Below are positions 36,730 to 47,123 of a stretch of DNA of 64,000 nt, in pieces. This DNA comes from a virus. Location: IMG/VR virus record IMGVR_UViG_3300043775_002158, positions 32,001-96,000 of that record, one strand, 5' to 3'. The first letter of the stretch is position 1; every line of letters begins with the position of its first letter. The notes beneath the pieces were generated by a model, which saw only the letters and a program-made list of their open reading frames with translations, made no database searches and was not told the DNA's origin. Both the position numbers and the translations under genes were made by a program.

Positions 36730-37713
36730 ATGGCAGAATTAAAACCACTAGGAAGTGAAAAATTAAACGGGGATGAAAAATTAAAAAGAATCCTTGAATT
36801 AACATACTTCAACAGTAATAAAAATAACGGTCGTTCTTCGAGTAAACCCGAATTAGTGAAAGAATCTAAAAACGGGGGTGTATATGGTGTCGTTAAAGAA
36901 AAAGACGGTTACTATGTAAAGAGAGGATTAAATGAATCATCACTAGATTATATCGGTGGTATGTTCATGAAGAACAAGAATAAGTTCTCTTCGTATGCCG
37001 AAGCGTTCAAACGACTTGAATTGTTGAAAGGACAGGAAGAACTACAGGAAGCAACAAAATACGTGTTAAAGCAAAACAAACCTCAACAAGAGGCTCCAAT
37101 GCCTGAAGCACCAATGGATTTACCTCCAGCACCTGCGGCTGACGCATCAGGTGATGTTCCTCCTCCACCTGCTGAAGGTGGTGACGCTCCAATGGATGCT
37201 CCTACAGATATGCCACCTGCTGAAGGAGGTGAAGATGAGGATGCTGGTAAGAGATCATCTTACATGGCCGAAGCTCAAAAATACGCTGGTAAATTAGGTC
37301 AAGAATTAAGAGATTTACACGATAGAATGGAAAGTGATGACATCAAATACATTTTAAACATGATCATTTCTGCAGTTGATTTGGATAAATTATCTGATGA
37401 AGATATTGAAGATATTTCTAAGAAATTTGAAAGAGAAGAAGAAGAGGGTGGAGTTGGTATGGAAGAACCGACAGGTGAAGAACCTGCACCGGCTCCTGAA
37501 GAAACACCGGCGGATATGAATGAATATGATTCTATGGCCGCTTTAGATGAGTTTGTGAACACACCTATGGATACGGACGAAATTGATTTATCAAAATATG
37601 CAATTAAGGAAGAAGGAATGGACGAAGAAGAAGTTCAAGAATTAGACTTAGACGAAATGAAAAGTGAAATCAATAATGCAATTGGAACGACGTTAAGCAA
37701 ATATTTTAAATAA
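36730..37713 (+). CDS. Hypothetical late/head-associated protein
   Basis: Late motif at 36687-36694; acidic Pro-rich linkers. Confidence 0.75.
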   Translation: MAELKPLGSEKLNGDEKLKRILELTYFNSNKNNGRSSSKPELVKESKNGGVYGVVKEKDGYYVKRGLNESSLDYIGGMFMKNKNKFSSYAEAFKRLELLKGQEELQEATKYVLKQNKPQQEAPMPEAPMDLPPAPAADASGDVPPPPAEGGDAPMDAPTDMPPAEGGEDEDAGKRSSYMAEAQKYAGKLGQELRDLHDRMESDDIKYILNMIISAVDLDKLSDEDIEDISKKFEREEEEGGVGMEEPTGEEPAPAPEETPADMNEYDSMAALDEFVNTPMDTDEIDLSKYAIKEEGMDEEEVQELDLDEMKSEINNAIGTTLSKYFK

Positions 37714-37716
37714 AAA

Positions 37717-38118
37717 ATGCATCTAATATATGTCAATGAAATCGGTTCAGATTACAAAGGTCAAAAACAATACGAATTCGTATTCAGTGAGACCACTGAA
37801 ATTGATATGGGCGATTGGTTCGTTATACCTGCTTCGGCTTGCCAACGGTCTAAATCACCTGACATCGAATATGTTGACGTAGTTGGTTTATTAAAAGATA
37901 CAGATTTACAATTAGAATTAGTTCAAGACTCCGATCATTTCGGAGTTATTGATGCTGTAGATGGTGTAATTTCAATGGCTTGGGAAAAGTTTGACTTTGA
38001 GAACACGGAAGAAAGATTGACATTTAAATTTGGTGAACCAATAGAGAATGTAACAAAGAAATTAAAATCAAGAGGGTTCATCCTCTTAAAAGAAGAAATA
38101 AAATTCAAGGAATCATGA
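37717..38118 (+). CDS. Hypothetical protein
   Basis: ORF within the operon. Confidence 0.75.
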   Translation: MHLIYVNEIGSDYKGQKQYEFVFSETTEIDMGDWFVIPASACQRSKSPDIEYVDVVGLLKDTDLQLELVQDSDHFGVIDAVDGVISMAWEKFDFENTEERLTFKFGEPIENVTKKLKSRGFILLKEEIKFKES

Positions 38119-39734
38119 AAAGAACAGAATTAGTAGAGAAATTAATTAAAGAAGGTTTCTCAGAAAAAACATTAGTTAAATTCAGTGATAGCCAACTTAA
38201 ACAATTGGCATCAAGAATATTATCAGAAGAAGATGTTATGATATCTAAACAAGACCCTCAATATCAACAAAAAGTCGATAGCGCAAAAAAACAAAATAAA
38301 ACTATTGAAGCTTACGAAGAACTTAAGGGTAATCAATCTAAAATTGATAAAAACCATAATGGTAAAATTGATGCTGACGACTTTGCAATATTAAACAAAG
38401 AAAAAAAGGGTGATGTTAAAGAAGGTTTATTTGGTGGTAAACATAAAAAAGTTGACACGATTAAACACGATGGTTATGAGATGGATGTATTCTCAAAAGG
38501 AAAAGACAAAGTTTATGGACATCCAAGAAAAGAAGGTTCAAAAAATCAAAATGATAAAGAACGTTTAGTTTATGGTGATTTAGAAAGTTTGAAGAAATCC
38601 GCGAGTTTGATGGGTAAAGGTGAAAAAAATATAAATTTCCCAAAATCTAAAAAAATTAGTAATCCAGATTATAAAGCAACAGTTGTTGATATTAATGAAG
38701 TTGATATGGGTTTAACTATTAAAGGTTCAAAATCAAGTAGTTCAACGGTATTTGGTGGAACTCCTAAAAAGAAATCTACACCTAAGAAAAAAGAAGTTGA
38801 TGAGACTGAAGAAACTGAAGTGGACGAATCTTTACATGGTATTATGATAGGTGCGACTAAAGAAAAATTAAAAAAGGATTTAGGTAGAGACCCTAAAGAT
38901 CATGAAGTTGAAAAAGAACTTGGTAAATTTGTTGATAGTTGGAAAAAAGATAACGAATCAAAAGAAAAAAAGGGAAAAAATCCATACAAACCAGGAAAAC
39001 CTCCTAGTCCAGATTTTAATGGTTACAATAAGAAAAAAGAAAAGAAAGAAGGTGAAGTAGAAGAGGGCGATTACCACAATGAAAGAAGTAGAAAAGCGTT
39101 AGAGAAATCTAAAGAAGATTTTCCGCAACTTAAGAATATTAAAAAATGTGATGATTGTGGAAAGGTAGAATCTAAATGTAAGTGTAAAAAAGAAGAGGTG
39201 GATGAGTTATTACGTTTCTACGATGATGATGGGAATCCAATAAAAAATAAAAAAGGTGAACAAGACGCTGTTTCTACAAAGGACAAAAACTTTAAGAAAA
39301 AAACTAAAAGTAAAAAATGTTCAGATTGTGGAAAAGATGATAAAGATTGTAAATGTGATCATTCTCATTTAGATGAGAATCGTAAAATAAAAAATTGGGT
39401 TAAAGGTTTGGTAGAGAACAAAGAATTTCATAGCTTTACGTCTAAAAACGAAATTATGGAACTTATCCAATCTAAACTTAATGAATCTGATACAATGGTT
39501 CAACATGGTCCTAAAGTAAAAAAAGGACATAATGGTATTCCTGAGTTTATGTCATATGATGCTATTGTAAGTGCGGAACCAAAAACTGCACCATCAAAAC
39601 CGGCACCATCAACTAAACCTGGCACAAAACCAACTCCAACAAGAAGAGAAGACCCAAGAAAAACTCCTTTTCAACCTGGACCTGGAACAAACCCTAAACC
39701 AAAGGCTAAAATAGCTGAGGAGAAAAAAAAGTAA
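38115..39734 (+). CDS. Hypothetical charged modular protein (EF-hand-like loop, two CxxC knuckles)
   Basis: DKNHNGKIDADD; CDDC..CKC; CSDC..CKC. Confidence 0.75.
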   Translation: MKRTELVEKLIKEGFSEKTLVKFSDSQLKQLASRILSEEDVMISKQDPQYQQKVDSAKKQNKTIEAYEELKGNQSKIDKNHNGKIDADDFAILNKEKKGDVKEGLFGGKHKKVDTIKHDGYEMDVFSKGKDKVYGHPRKEGSKNQNDKERLVYGDLESLKKSASLMGKGEKNINFPKSKKISNPDYKATVVDINEVDMGLTIKGSKSSSSTVFGGTPKKKSTPKKKEVDETEETEVDESLHGIMIGATKEKLKKDLGRDPKDHEVEKELGKFVDSWKKDNESKEKKGKNPYKPGKPPSPDFNGYNKKKEKKEGEVEEGDYHNERSRKALEKSKEDFPQLKNIKKCDDCGKVESKCKCKKEEVDELLRFYDDDGNPIKNKKGEQDAVSTKDKNFKKKTKSKKCSDCGKDDKDCKCDHSHLDENRKIKNWVKGLVENKEFHSFTSKNEIMELIQSKLNESDTMVQHGPKVKKGHNGIPEFMSYDAIVSAEPKTAPSKPAPSTKPGTKPTPTRREDPRKTPFQPGPGTNPKPKAKIAEEKKK

Positions 39735-39740
39735 GTTAAA

Positions 39741-41141
39741 ATGCAATTTTCTAAGAAAAAACTCTTATCTTTAATTCAAGAAAATTTGAATGAAATGCCA
39801 ATGGATTTTGATAGTCAGGATAGACCTGACCAAGGACTACAAGATGACTTAGCAGCGGGCGAAACTCCGTTGAAAAAAATACCTTTTCCTAAGACGGGGG
39901 ACGAACCTAACAAGAATTTCCAAGAACTATTAGCTTCAGAAAGATATAGACAAGTTGTTGCTAAAATGAGACAATACACCGGCGCGAACACTCCTATGAG
40001 GGGTATGCAAGGTTTATCTCCTTTGATGCAACAAATGATGAGTGCACATAATCAAATCTTACAATTTGAACAAAATCACAGAAGAGAATTAGAGGAGTTA
40101 TCTGTTGAGTTAGTAATGAAGGAATTAGGTATTCCTGAAGGATCGGTTCAATATGATGCACGTATTATCGGTATGGGTGAGTTTAACCCTGAAGACTTCA
40201 ATCACGATGAGGAAGAACAAGGTGGTGAAGAAGAAGGTGGTGAAGAAGAAATGAATTTTGGTAATGAAATTGAAATCGTTAATGATTTAGAGAAACTTGA
40301 CTTAGAAAAAGCAAAAAGAAGATTTATTAACACAATTATACAAGGTGCGTCTAAAAGAGGTCATTACATGTATCATTATGTTGAAGATAGAGTTAGACAA
40401 ATTGTTGGTAACGATAGAATTATCGGTCTTTACGGCATTATGATGTCAGTAAATGATGCTTTATATTGGCAATTACCTAACGAAACTATGAAATCAATGG
40501 GACAATCTGGTGGTAATATTGCGGGTAGAGAAGATGTTGATAGACAAACAGACCCACCAACAGTTAAAGCGAGAGCGGTAAACTTTCCAGTTTTAATACA
40601 CGAATTGATTAAAGGAACTTTGGAGTTAGTTGCAATACAAGGAAGACCAAGAGATGAAGAGGGTAATGAAGAAGATTTCACAGATATTGAAGGTTCGGAA
40701 GATACTCTTGAAAAAGAAATGTGGGATTTACGTTTAGGGCCAGCAATTTGGGACAGAATTAGATCAACATTCCCTGAAGATGTGTTAACAGATGAAACTA
40801 AAGGAATTATCCAATTAATGGTGTTCCAACATATTTTTAAGAAACCAGCAAAAGAATTTTTAGTATTCATGAAAGAAATTGTTTCTAAATCTGAAAACGG
40901 AAATCGTTTAATGGAAACATTGGTTCGTGCGATTGAAGAGGACATTAACAATTACGATTATGAACAAACGATGGCGGAATTTGATGAAGATTTAACTGAC
41001 ATCACAGATGAAACTGATAACGATGAATTAAAAGATTTTATATCGGGTATTCCTGGTATTTCATTATCCAACGATGACGAAGAAGACGATGATGATGACA
41101 GTCTATTTGATGAATTAGGTTTAGATAGACCTACGAAATAA
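39741..41141 (+). CDS. Hypothetical head-module protein
   Basis: 466-aa ORF upstream of the terminase. Confidence 0.78.
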   Translation: MQFSKKKLLSLIQENLNEMPMDFDSQDRPDQGLQDDLAAGETPLKKIPFPKTGDEPNKNFQELLASERYRQVVAKMRQYTGANTPMRGMQGLSPLMQQMMSAHNQILQFEQNHRRELEELSVELVMKELGIPEGSVQYDARIIGMGEFNPEDFNHDEEEQGGEEEGGEEEMNFGNEIEIVNDLEKLDLEKAKRRFINTIIQGASKRGHYMYHYVEDRVRQIVGNDRIIGLYGIMMSVNDALYWQLPNETMKSMGQSGGNIAGREDVDRQTDPPTVKARAVNFPVLIHELIKGTLELVAIQGRPRDEEGNEEDFTDIEGSEDTLEKEMWDLRLGPAIWDRIRSTFPEDVLTDETKGIIQLMVFQHIFKKPAKEFLVFMKEIVSKSENGNRLMETLVRAIEEDINNYDYEQTMAEFDEDLTDITDETDNDELKDFISGIPGISLSNDDEEDDDDDSLFDELGLDRPTK

Positions 41142-41146
41142 TACAA

Positions 41147-41174
41147 AGGTGGTTTACAATAACCACCTTTTTTT
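41147..41174 (+). terminator. Intrinsic terminator
   Basis: AAAGGTGGTT...AACCACCTTT plus T-tract. Confidence 0.8.
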
Positions 41175-41188
41175 GTATTTATACATAT

Positions 41189-42967
41189 ATGAATAGTAGA
41201 GCAGAACAATTAATGGAGTATGCTAAGATCATAAAAGATACCCCATATGCACTTAGAACGTATTTACAAACATTCGATAATACACAGAAGAAATATGTCC
41301 CTATGGATTTGTTCGAAGATCAAATTCAATTGATTAAGGACTACGAAGAATATAACGAAAATATTACAAGAAAATATAGACAGGCAGGGGTTACCACTGT
41401 AACTGCCGCGTGGTTATCAAAAAAATTACAATTAGCGAAACCCGATAACCCTGAGAGAGTTCTACTTATTGCAAACAAACGAGATACGGCGGTGGAGATG
41501 GCAAATAAGGTTAGACATTTTTTAGAACAATGGCCTGATTGGTTAAATGTTGGGTTCTCACCTGATAAAAACTCAGAGAGTAGATTTAGATTAAATAATG
41601 GTTGTGAGGTTAAGGCGGTTGCAACATCTCCAGATGCCCTTCGTGGTTATACACCTACCATACTTGTATTTGATGAGGCAGCATATATTGAAGCGGGAGA
41701 TGATTTTTGGGCAGCATCTATGGCGTCCCTATCAACAGGAGGTAAAATTATTCTTATTTCCACACCAAATGGTTACGACCCAATTTATTACGGTGTTTAT
41801 GATCAAGCGTTACGGGGTATTAATGATTTTCATATAACAGATTTAAGATGGTTTAAAGACCCTCGTTATACCAAAGATTTACGTTGGATTAAATGTCAGG
41901 ATATTTGTCACTATATGTTGAACAGAGAACAATATAATGACGATGAAGTTGTTTTATATGACTTTGATATGAAAGAGTATAATAAACTAATTGAGGATGG
42001 TTATAAACCATTTTCATCTTGGTTTGAGTCAATGTCAAAGAAATTTAAATACGATAGACGTAAAATTGCTCAGGAGTTGGAATGTGATTTCTTAGGTTCA
42101 GGAGATGGTGTCATTCCTGGTGATATTCAAGAAAATATCGCTAAGAACATGATTAGAGAACCTATTGAGAAATACATGCAAGCCACATTTTGGCAATGGA
42201 AAGAACCAATCATTGGTCATCGTTATATTATGGGTGTGGATGTTAGTAGAGGAGATAGTGAAGATTTTTCCGCAATATCAATCATAGATTTTGACGATAG
42301 AGAACAGGTTGCAGAATATATTGGTAAGATACCTCCTGACGACTTAGCCGCTGTCGCATACAAATGGGCCGTCTTATACGGTAATGCGTTTATTGTAACG
42401 GATATTACAGGTGGAATGGGAGTTGCAACATCGAGAAAGTTAACAGAACTAAATTACAAAAATGTTTACATTGAGGGTGTTAATACTCAAAACATTTGGG
42501 ACTATAATGCTAAGGCCATGGATAAAATACCGGGTCTTAACTTTAATAACAAAAGAACTCAAATTGTTGCCGCATTTGAAGAACAACTTAGAAAAGGATT
42601 TATTGTTAGATCTGCAAGATTATTAAACGAACTTAATACGTTTGTTTATATGAACGGTAGACCTGATCACATGAAAGGATCTCACGATGATGCTATTATG
42701 GGTATGTCGATGGCGTTATATGCGGCGGATGTATCATTTAATTTATTACAAAAAAATGAAAATGCGAACAAAGCAATGTTAGATTCTTGGACTATGAGTG
42801 AAAGATCATATGAGACAAGTAAATCATTTTATTCATACGGTACTGCGTTTGATCAAATAGGTTCTATGGGGATGGATAATAATAATTTATATTATCAAGA
42901 TAAAAATATGAATGTCAGTAAACAAACATATCAAGAGAATTCTTGGTTATTTGGTAGACGTAGATAA
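41189..42967 (+). CDS. terL: Terminase large subunit (T4 gp17-like)
   Basis: RQAGVTT, VFDEAA, ISTPNG, QELECDF, GVDVSRG, HDD. Confidence 0.95.
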   Translation: MNSRAEQLMEYAKIIKDTPYALRTYLQTFDNTQKKYVPMDLFEDQIQLIKDYEEYNENITRKYRQAGVTTVTAAWLSKKLQLAKPDNPERVLLIANKRDTAVEMANKVRHFLEQWPDWLNVGFSPDKNSESRFRLNNGCEVKAVATSPDALRGYTPTILVFDEAAYIEAGDDFWAASMASLSTGGKIILISTPNGYDPIYYGVYDQALRGINDFHITDLRWFKDPRYTKDLRWIKCQDICHYMLNREQYNDDEVVLYDFDMKEYNKLIEDGYKPFSSWFESMSKKFKYDRRKIAQELECDFLGSGDGVIPGDIQENIAKNMIREPIEKYMQATFWQWKEPIIGHRYIMGVDVSRGDSEDFSAISIIDFDDREQVAEYIGKIPPDDLAAVAYKWAVLYGNAFIVTDITGGMGVATSRKLTELNYKNVYIEGVNTQNIWDYNAKAMDKIPGLNFNNKRTQIVAAFEEQLRKGFIVRSARLLNELNTFVYMNGRPDHMKGSHDDAIMGMSMALYAADVSFNLLQKNENANKAMLDSWTMSERSYETSKSFYSYGTAFDQIGSMGMDNNNLYYQDKNMNVSKQTYQENSWLFGRRR

Positions 42968-43021
42968 TGTTTAGTTTATCATTATTTTAGTTTATATTAT
43001 AAAGAAAAGTATTTATATAGA

Positions 43022-44860
43022 ATGGCAAATCAAAATTTAACTGTATTTCAGAAATTAACAAAGATGTTTGGTTATCCGGGTAAACCTCAGGTAACACAGG
43101 CACCTTCATTTAATTTCAGTAAAGATGAATTATTAAAAACAGATAACAGAGAAGATTATGAGAAAGCAATGTTACAGGCTCAACAAAGTCAATACATTGC
43201 CGATAAGTGGACTAAGTTAGATCAATCTCTTTATAACCAATCGGTTTATTATGAACCAAATAGATTGGCTGCTTATTATGATTATGAAGCAATGGAGTTT
43301 ACTCCTGAAATATCGGCGGCATTAGACATATACGCAGAAGAGTCTACTACAATGTCAGAAAAGGGTCAGATTTTAACGATCTATTCTGAATCAGATAGAA
43401 TTAAAGAAATATTGGAAGATCTGTTTAATAACAGATTAGATGTTAATACTAACTTACAAATGTGGACAAGAGGTGTTTGTAAGTATGGTGATAACTTTGT
43501 TTATTTAAAGTTAGATCCTGAAAAGGGTATTGTTGGATGTCAACAATTACCAAATATTGAAATTGAAAGATTGGAAGGTGCTGCTGGTAAAACTACAACA
43601 CAAAATAGAGATTTAAAAGTTCCATCAAGAGAATTACGTTTTCAATGGAAAAATAAAGATTTAGAATTTCAGGCATGGGAGATTGCACATTTTAGATTAT
43701 TAGGTGATGATAGAAAACTTCCTTACGGAACTTCTATGTTAGATAAGATTAGAAGAATTTGGAAACAACTTTTACTTGCAGAAGATGCGATGTTAATTTA
43801 CAGAACATCAAGAGCACCTGAGAGACGTGTATTTAAAGTGTTTGTTGGTAATATGGATGATAAGGATATTGAATCTTATGTACAACGTGTTGCGAATAAA
43901 TTTAGAAGAGATCAAATTTCCGATCCAAAAAATGGTCAGGTTGATATGAGATATAATCAAATGGCTGTGGATCAGGATTATTTTATTCCTGTTCGTGACC
44001 CATCACAATCTAATCCAATTGAAACATTACCAGGAGCACAAAACTTAGGAGAGATTGCCGATATTGAATATATCCAAAAGAAAATGTTGGCAGCTTTACG
44101 TATTCCTAAAGCTTTCTTAGGATTTGAAGAAGTTGTAGGTGAAGGTAAAAGTTTAGCGTTAATGGATATTCGTTTTGCTAGAACAATTAACAGAATTCAA
44201 AAATCTGTTATTCAAGAATTAAACAAAATTGCATTAATCCAATTATACCTTTTAGGTATGGAAGATGAGTTGAATAACTTTACATTATCCTTAACTAACC
44301 CATCAGCACAATCTGATTTATTACGTATTGAACAATGGAAAGAAAAAGTAACCCTTTATAAAGATGCGACGTCGGATCAGTCTCAAGTAGGTATCTTGCC
44401 AGTATCACATACATGGGCTAAGAAAAACATTCTTGGATTTAGTGATTCTGAAGTTATGTTGGATTTACAACAACAACGTTTAGAACGTGCATTAGGATTT
44501 GAATTGACAAACACTCAAAATGTAATTAAACGTTCAGGTGTATTTGATGAAGTAGATGCTAAGTATGGTATTCCAGAAGAAGATAGAGAAAAGGCAATGG
44601 AAGCCGCAGGTGGGGCTGAAGGCGGAATGGATATGGGTGGTGGAGGAATGGATATGGGAGGTGGTGCACCACCGCCATCAGGTGGAGGAGGAGAAGCACC
44701 ATTAAGTGAATCAACATTACAAAAAAAATCTAAAAAATCTAAGATTTTAAGTATGTTGGGTGAAGAAAAAGAAGATTTTAATATTCTGTTTGATATGGAA
44801 AGAGCACAACAGAATATTTATGAAATAGAGACGAAAATAAATGATATGTTAAACGATTAA
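43022..44860 (+). CDS. Portal protein (T4 gp20-like)
   Basis: EDAMLIYRTSRAPERRVF, QDYFIP, IETLPG. Confidence 0.95.
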   Translation: MANQNLTVFQKLTKMFGYPGKPQVTQAPSFNFSKDELLKTDNREDYEKAMLQAQQSQYIADKWTKLDQSLYNQSVYYEPNRLAAYYDYEAMEFTPEISAALDIYAEESTTMSEKGQILTIYSESDRIKEILEDLFNNRLDVNTNLQMWTRGVCKYGDNFVYLKLDPEKGIVGCQQLPNIEIERLEGAAGKTTTQNRDLKVPSRELRFQWKNKDLEFQAWEIAHFRLLGDDRKLPYGTSMLDKIRRIWKQLLLAEDAMLIYRTSRAPERRVFKVFVGNMDDKDIESYVQRVANKFRRDQISDPKNGQVDMRYNQMAVDQDYFIPVRDPSQSNPIETLPGAQNLGEIADIEYIQKKMLAALRIPKAFLGFEEVVGEGKSLALMDIRFARTINRIQKSVIQELNKIALIQLYLLGMEDELNNFTLSLTNPSAQSDLLRIEQWKEKVTLYKDATSDQSQVGILPVSHTWAKKNILGFSDSEVMLDLQQQRLERALGFELTNTQNVIKRSGVFDEVDAKYGIPEEDREKAMEAAGGAEGGMDMGGGGMDMGGGAPPPSGGGGEAPLSESTLQKKSKKSKILSMLGEEKEDFNILFDMERAQQNIYEIETKINDMLND

Positions 44861-44862
44861 AA

Positions 44863-45600
44863 ATGAACAATTTCGGAATTATTAAAACCAAATTATTAAA
44901 TAAATTAACTGAATCTTACGCTAATGAAAATAAAGCTGAGATTAAAAATATATTAACCACAATTAAAGAAAACAAAGATTTTAAAGAAATGTATTTGTTT
45001 TATGAAGAAATTGAAGGTAAGCACATTTCAGATAAAGAAACTGCAAAGTTGTATGTTGAGGGTTTAAGTACAATCTTAATTCAAAGTAATGAAAATTTAA
45101 AGACGTTCTGTGAATCATTAGATAAAACTTTAGATAATAATGAAGTTGTTTCAAATGAATTATATCAAGCGTTAGACACTTTAACTGAAAGTGATAAACT
45201 AAGTAATATTGAAAAGAAAGTTATTGCTAAGAAAAAATTAGTAGAACACTTAACAACTAAGAAAGAAATTACTGAATCAAAAGATACAACATTAGTACCA
45301 AACGAAACATTATTAAATGCTGTATTGGCAAATAATTTTAATGTTTTATATTCTAACACATTATCTGAATCACAAAAAGAAGAATTAAAGAATATTCTTT
45401 CTATTCCTTATGAAGATTTATTAACAAAAACAAGTGAATTAAAAGAATCAATTAATAATCAAGTATCAACACTTTTAAGTGAATCAAATGAAACAGATTT
45501 AATAAATAAATTAAAAGCTGTTAAAGATGAAGTAAATCAAATGTTTCCGTCGAGATACAATTACTACAGATTAAACGAATTAAAAAATGGACTTAACTAA
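44863..45600 (+). CDS. Hypothetical helical head-module protein
   Basis: ORF directly after the portal gene. Confidence 0.78.
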   Translation: MNNFGIIKTKLLNKLTESYANENKAEIKNILTTIKENKDFKEMYLFYEEIEGKHISDKETAKLYVEGLSTILIQSNENLKTFCESLDKTLDNNEVVSNELYQALDTLTESDKLSNIEKKVIAKKKLVEHLTTKKEITESKDTTLVPNETLLNAVLANNFNVLYSNTLSESQKEELKNILSIPYEDLLTKTSELKESINNQVSTLLSESNETDLINKLKAVKDEVNQMFPSRYNYYRLNELKNGLN

Positions 45601-45608
45601 GTCCATTT
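45585..45608. terminator. Palindromic bidirectional terminator containing both convergent stop codons
   Basis: AAATGGACTTA-AC-TAAGTCCATTT. Confidence 0.7.
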
Positions 45609-45784
45609 CTTTTTTGTTGTATATAAACCGCTTTTAATTTTTGAGTTCTTTTCTTAACTGATGGTTTAACAAATACTTGTCTATCCCTTAATTGTTGAAC
45701 TTGTTTTACTTTTTGAACTTTATGTTTGTAAGTTCTAAGTGCAGTCTCAATACTTTTTTCTTTTGATAGGTCTACTATAATCAT
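45593..45784 (-). CDS. rpsU: Phage-encoded 30S ribosomal protein bS21
   Basis: SIETALRTYKHK...LRDRQVFVKPSVKKR...KAVY. Confidence 0.9.
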   Translation of the reverse strand: MIIVDLSKEKSIETALRTYKHKVQKVKQVQQLRDRQVFVKPSVKKRTQKLKAVYIQQKRNGLS

Positions 45785-45886
45785 ATATTATAAATATAAC
45801 ACAAATATATGAAATTATTTTTGGTTATTCCAACTATTTTATTTATTTTTTATAAACACCATAATAAATAATAATATGAAATATTA

Positions 45887-46312
45887 ATGAAAACAGGTAA
45901 GTATATCCCATTAGGGACTTACAATGATGTAAAGATCGGTTATGGTACCGTAGATTTTAAGAATCTTAAAACCATTTATTTGAAATTGAATTCATGGGTT
46001 CAGGCTGAAAATGAGACTGATGATTTTGATCATATGATCCATAAATCAAGACGAAAAGTTAAAGAAATAATTTATAATCTTAAAAATCCTTATTTTAAAC
46101 AACAATCTATTGTTGATTTAGATATTAGAACAAAGGGAATTAAATTAGAAAAAAGATCTTTTATGAACTTGGAAATCACATTATATGTTGATAAACAGTT
46201 CGATGTTAAATCAAAAGAAATTAAAAATAACGTAAAAGATATTTTGTCAATTGTAATAGAAGACGGACTTTCTGATAAAAATCTATTCAATTTCTACAAA
46301 TCCAAAAAATAA
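45887..46312 (+). CDS. Hypothetical protein
   Basis: 141-aa ORF. Confidence 0.75.
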   Translation: MKTGKYIPLGTYNDVKIGYGTVDFKNLKTIYLKLNSWVQAENETDDFDHMIHKSRRKVKEIIYNLKNPYFKQQSIVDLDIRTKGIKLEKRSFMNLEITLYVDKQFDVKSKEIKNNVKDILSIVIEDGLSDKNLFNFYKSKK

Positions 46313-46350
46313 TAGGGATATCGATGTATTTATAGTAATAAAATCTATAA

Positions 46351-47034
46351 ATGAAGATATTAGGACCCAAAGAACTTGGAACAGGAATTTTAATAGAATA
46401 CGACGCAGGACACGTATCTCCAGACGAGAATAAAAAAATTATACAGGAAATGAAAGGTGTGGACTTCTCAGAAGACCTAATCCTTTATGCTGTTTTACAA
46501 AAATTCGATACTCCAAATAAGAACGGAAGGATTTATCCTGAAATGTTACTTAAGAGAGAAAACGAAAAATATCAAACACTAATTAAGAAGGGAGGAGCTT
46601 TAAATGAATTAAATCACCCTTCATCTTCACTAATCGATTTAGATCGAGTATCACATTCAATTTTAGAAACTTGGTGGGACGGTAAAATATTAATGGGTAA
46701 GATCAAATTATTCACTTCTCCTGGATGGAAGAAGATGGGTATCGTTTCAACCAAAGGAGACCAAGCGGCAATGTTATTAATGAACGGAGCAACTTTAGGT
46801 ATCTCTTCACGTGGTGTAGGATCACTTAAACAAGTTAAAGGTGAGAACATCGTACAAGATGATTTCGAGTTAGTTTGTTTTGATTTAGTGTCATCACCAT
46901 CAACCCCTGGTGCTTATATTTTTAAAGACCCATCAGAAAGAGACCAATATCAAGAGTCTGAAATTAAAAAACCAACACTTGATAGTAGAATGTCAAAACT
47001 TATGGGCAATTTAGATACATTTCTATCTAAATAA
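46351..47034 (+). CDS. Prohead protease (T4 gp21-like)
   Basis: NKNGRIYP, ELNHP, GISSRGVGS, DLVSSPS. Confidence 0.95.
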   Translation: MKILGPKELGTGILIEYDAGHVSPDENKKIIQEMKGVDFSEDLILYAVLQKFDTPNKNGRIYPEMLLKRENEKYQTLIKKGGALNELNHPSSSLIDLDRVSHSILETWWDGKILMGKIKLFTSPGWKKMGIVSTKGDQAAMLLMNGATLGISSRGVGSLKQVKGENIVQDDFELVCFDLVSSPSTPGAYIFKDPSERDQYQESEIKKPTLDSRMSKLMGNLDTFLSK

Positions 47035-47123
47035 TAAACTTTATAGGGGCAGTAATATTAAAAAACACGATTTTTTACTAAATCGTAGTATTTATAAGAT
47101 AATAAAAACAATTAATTTTCACA

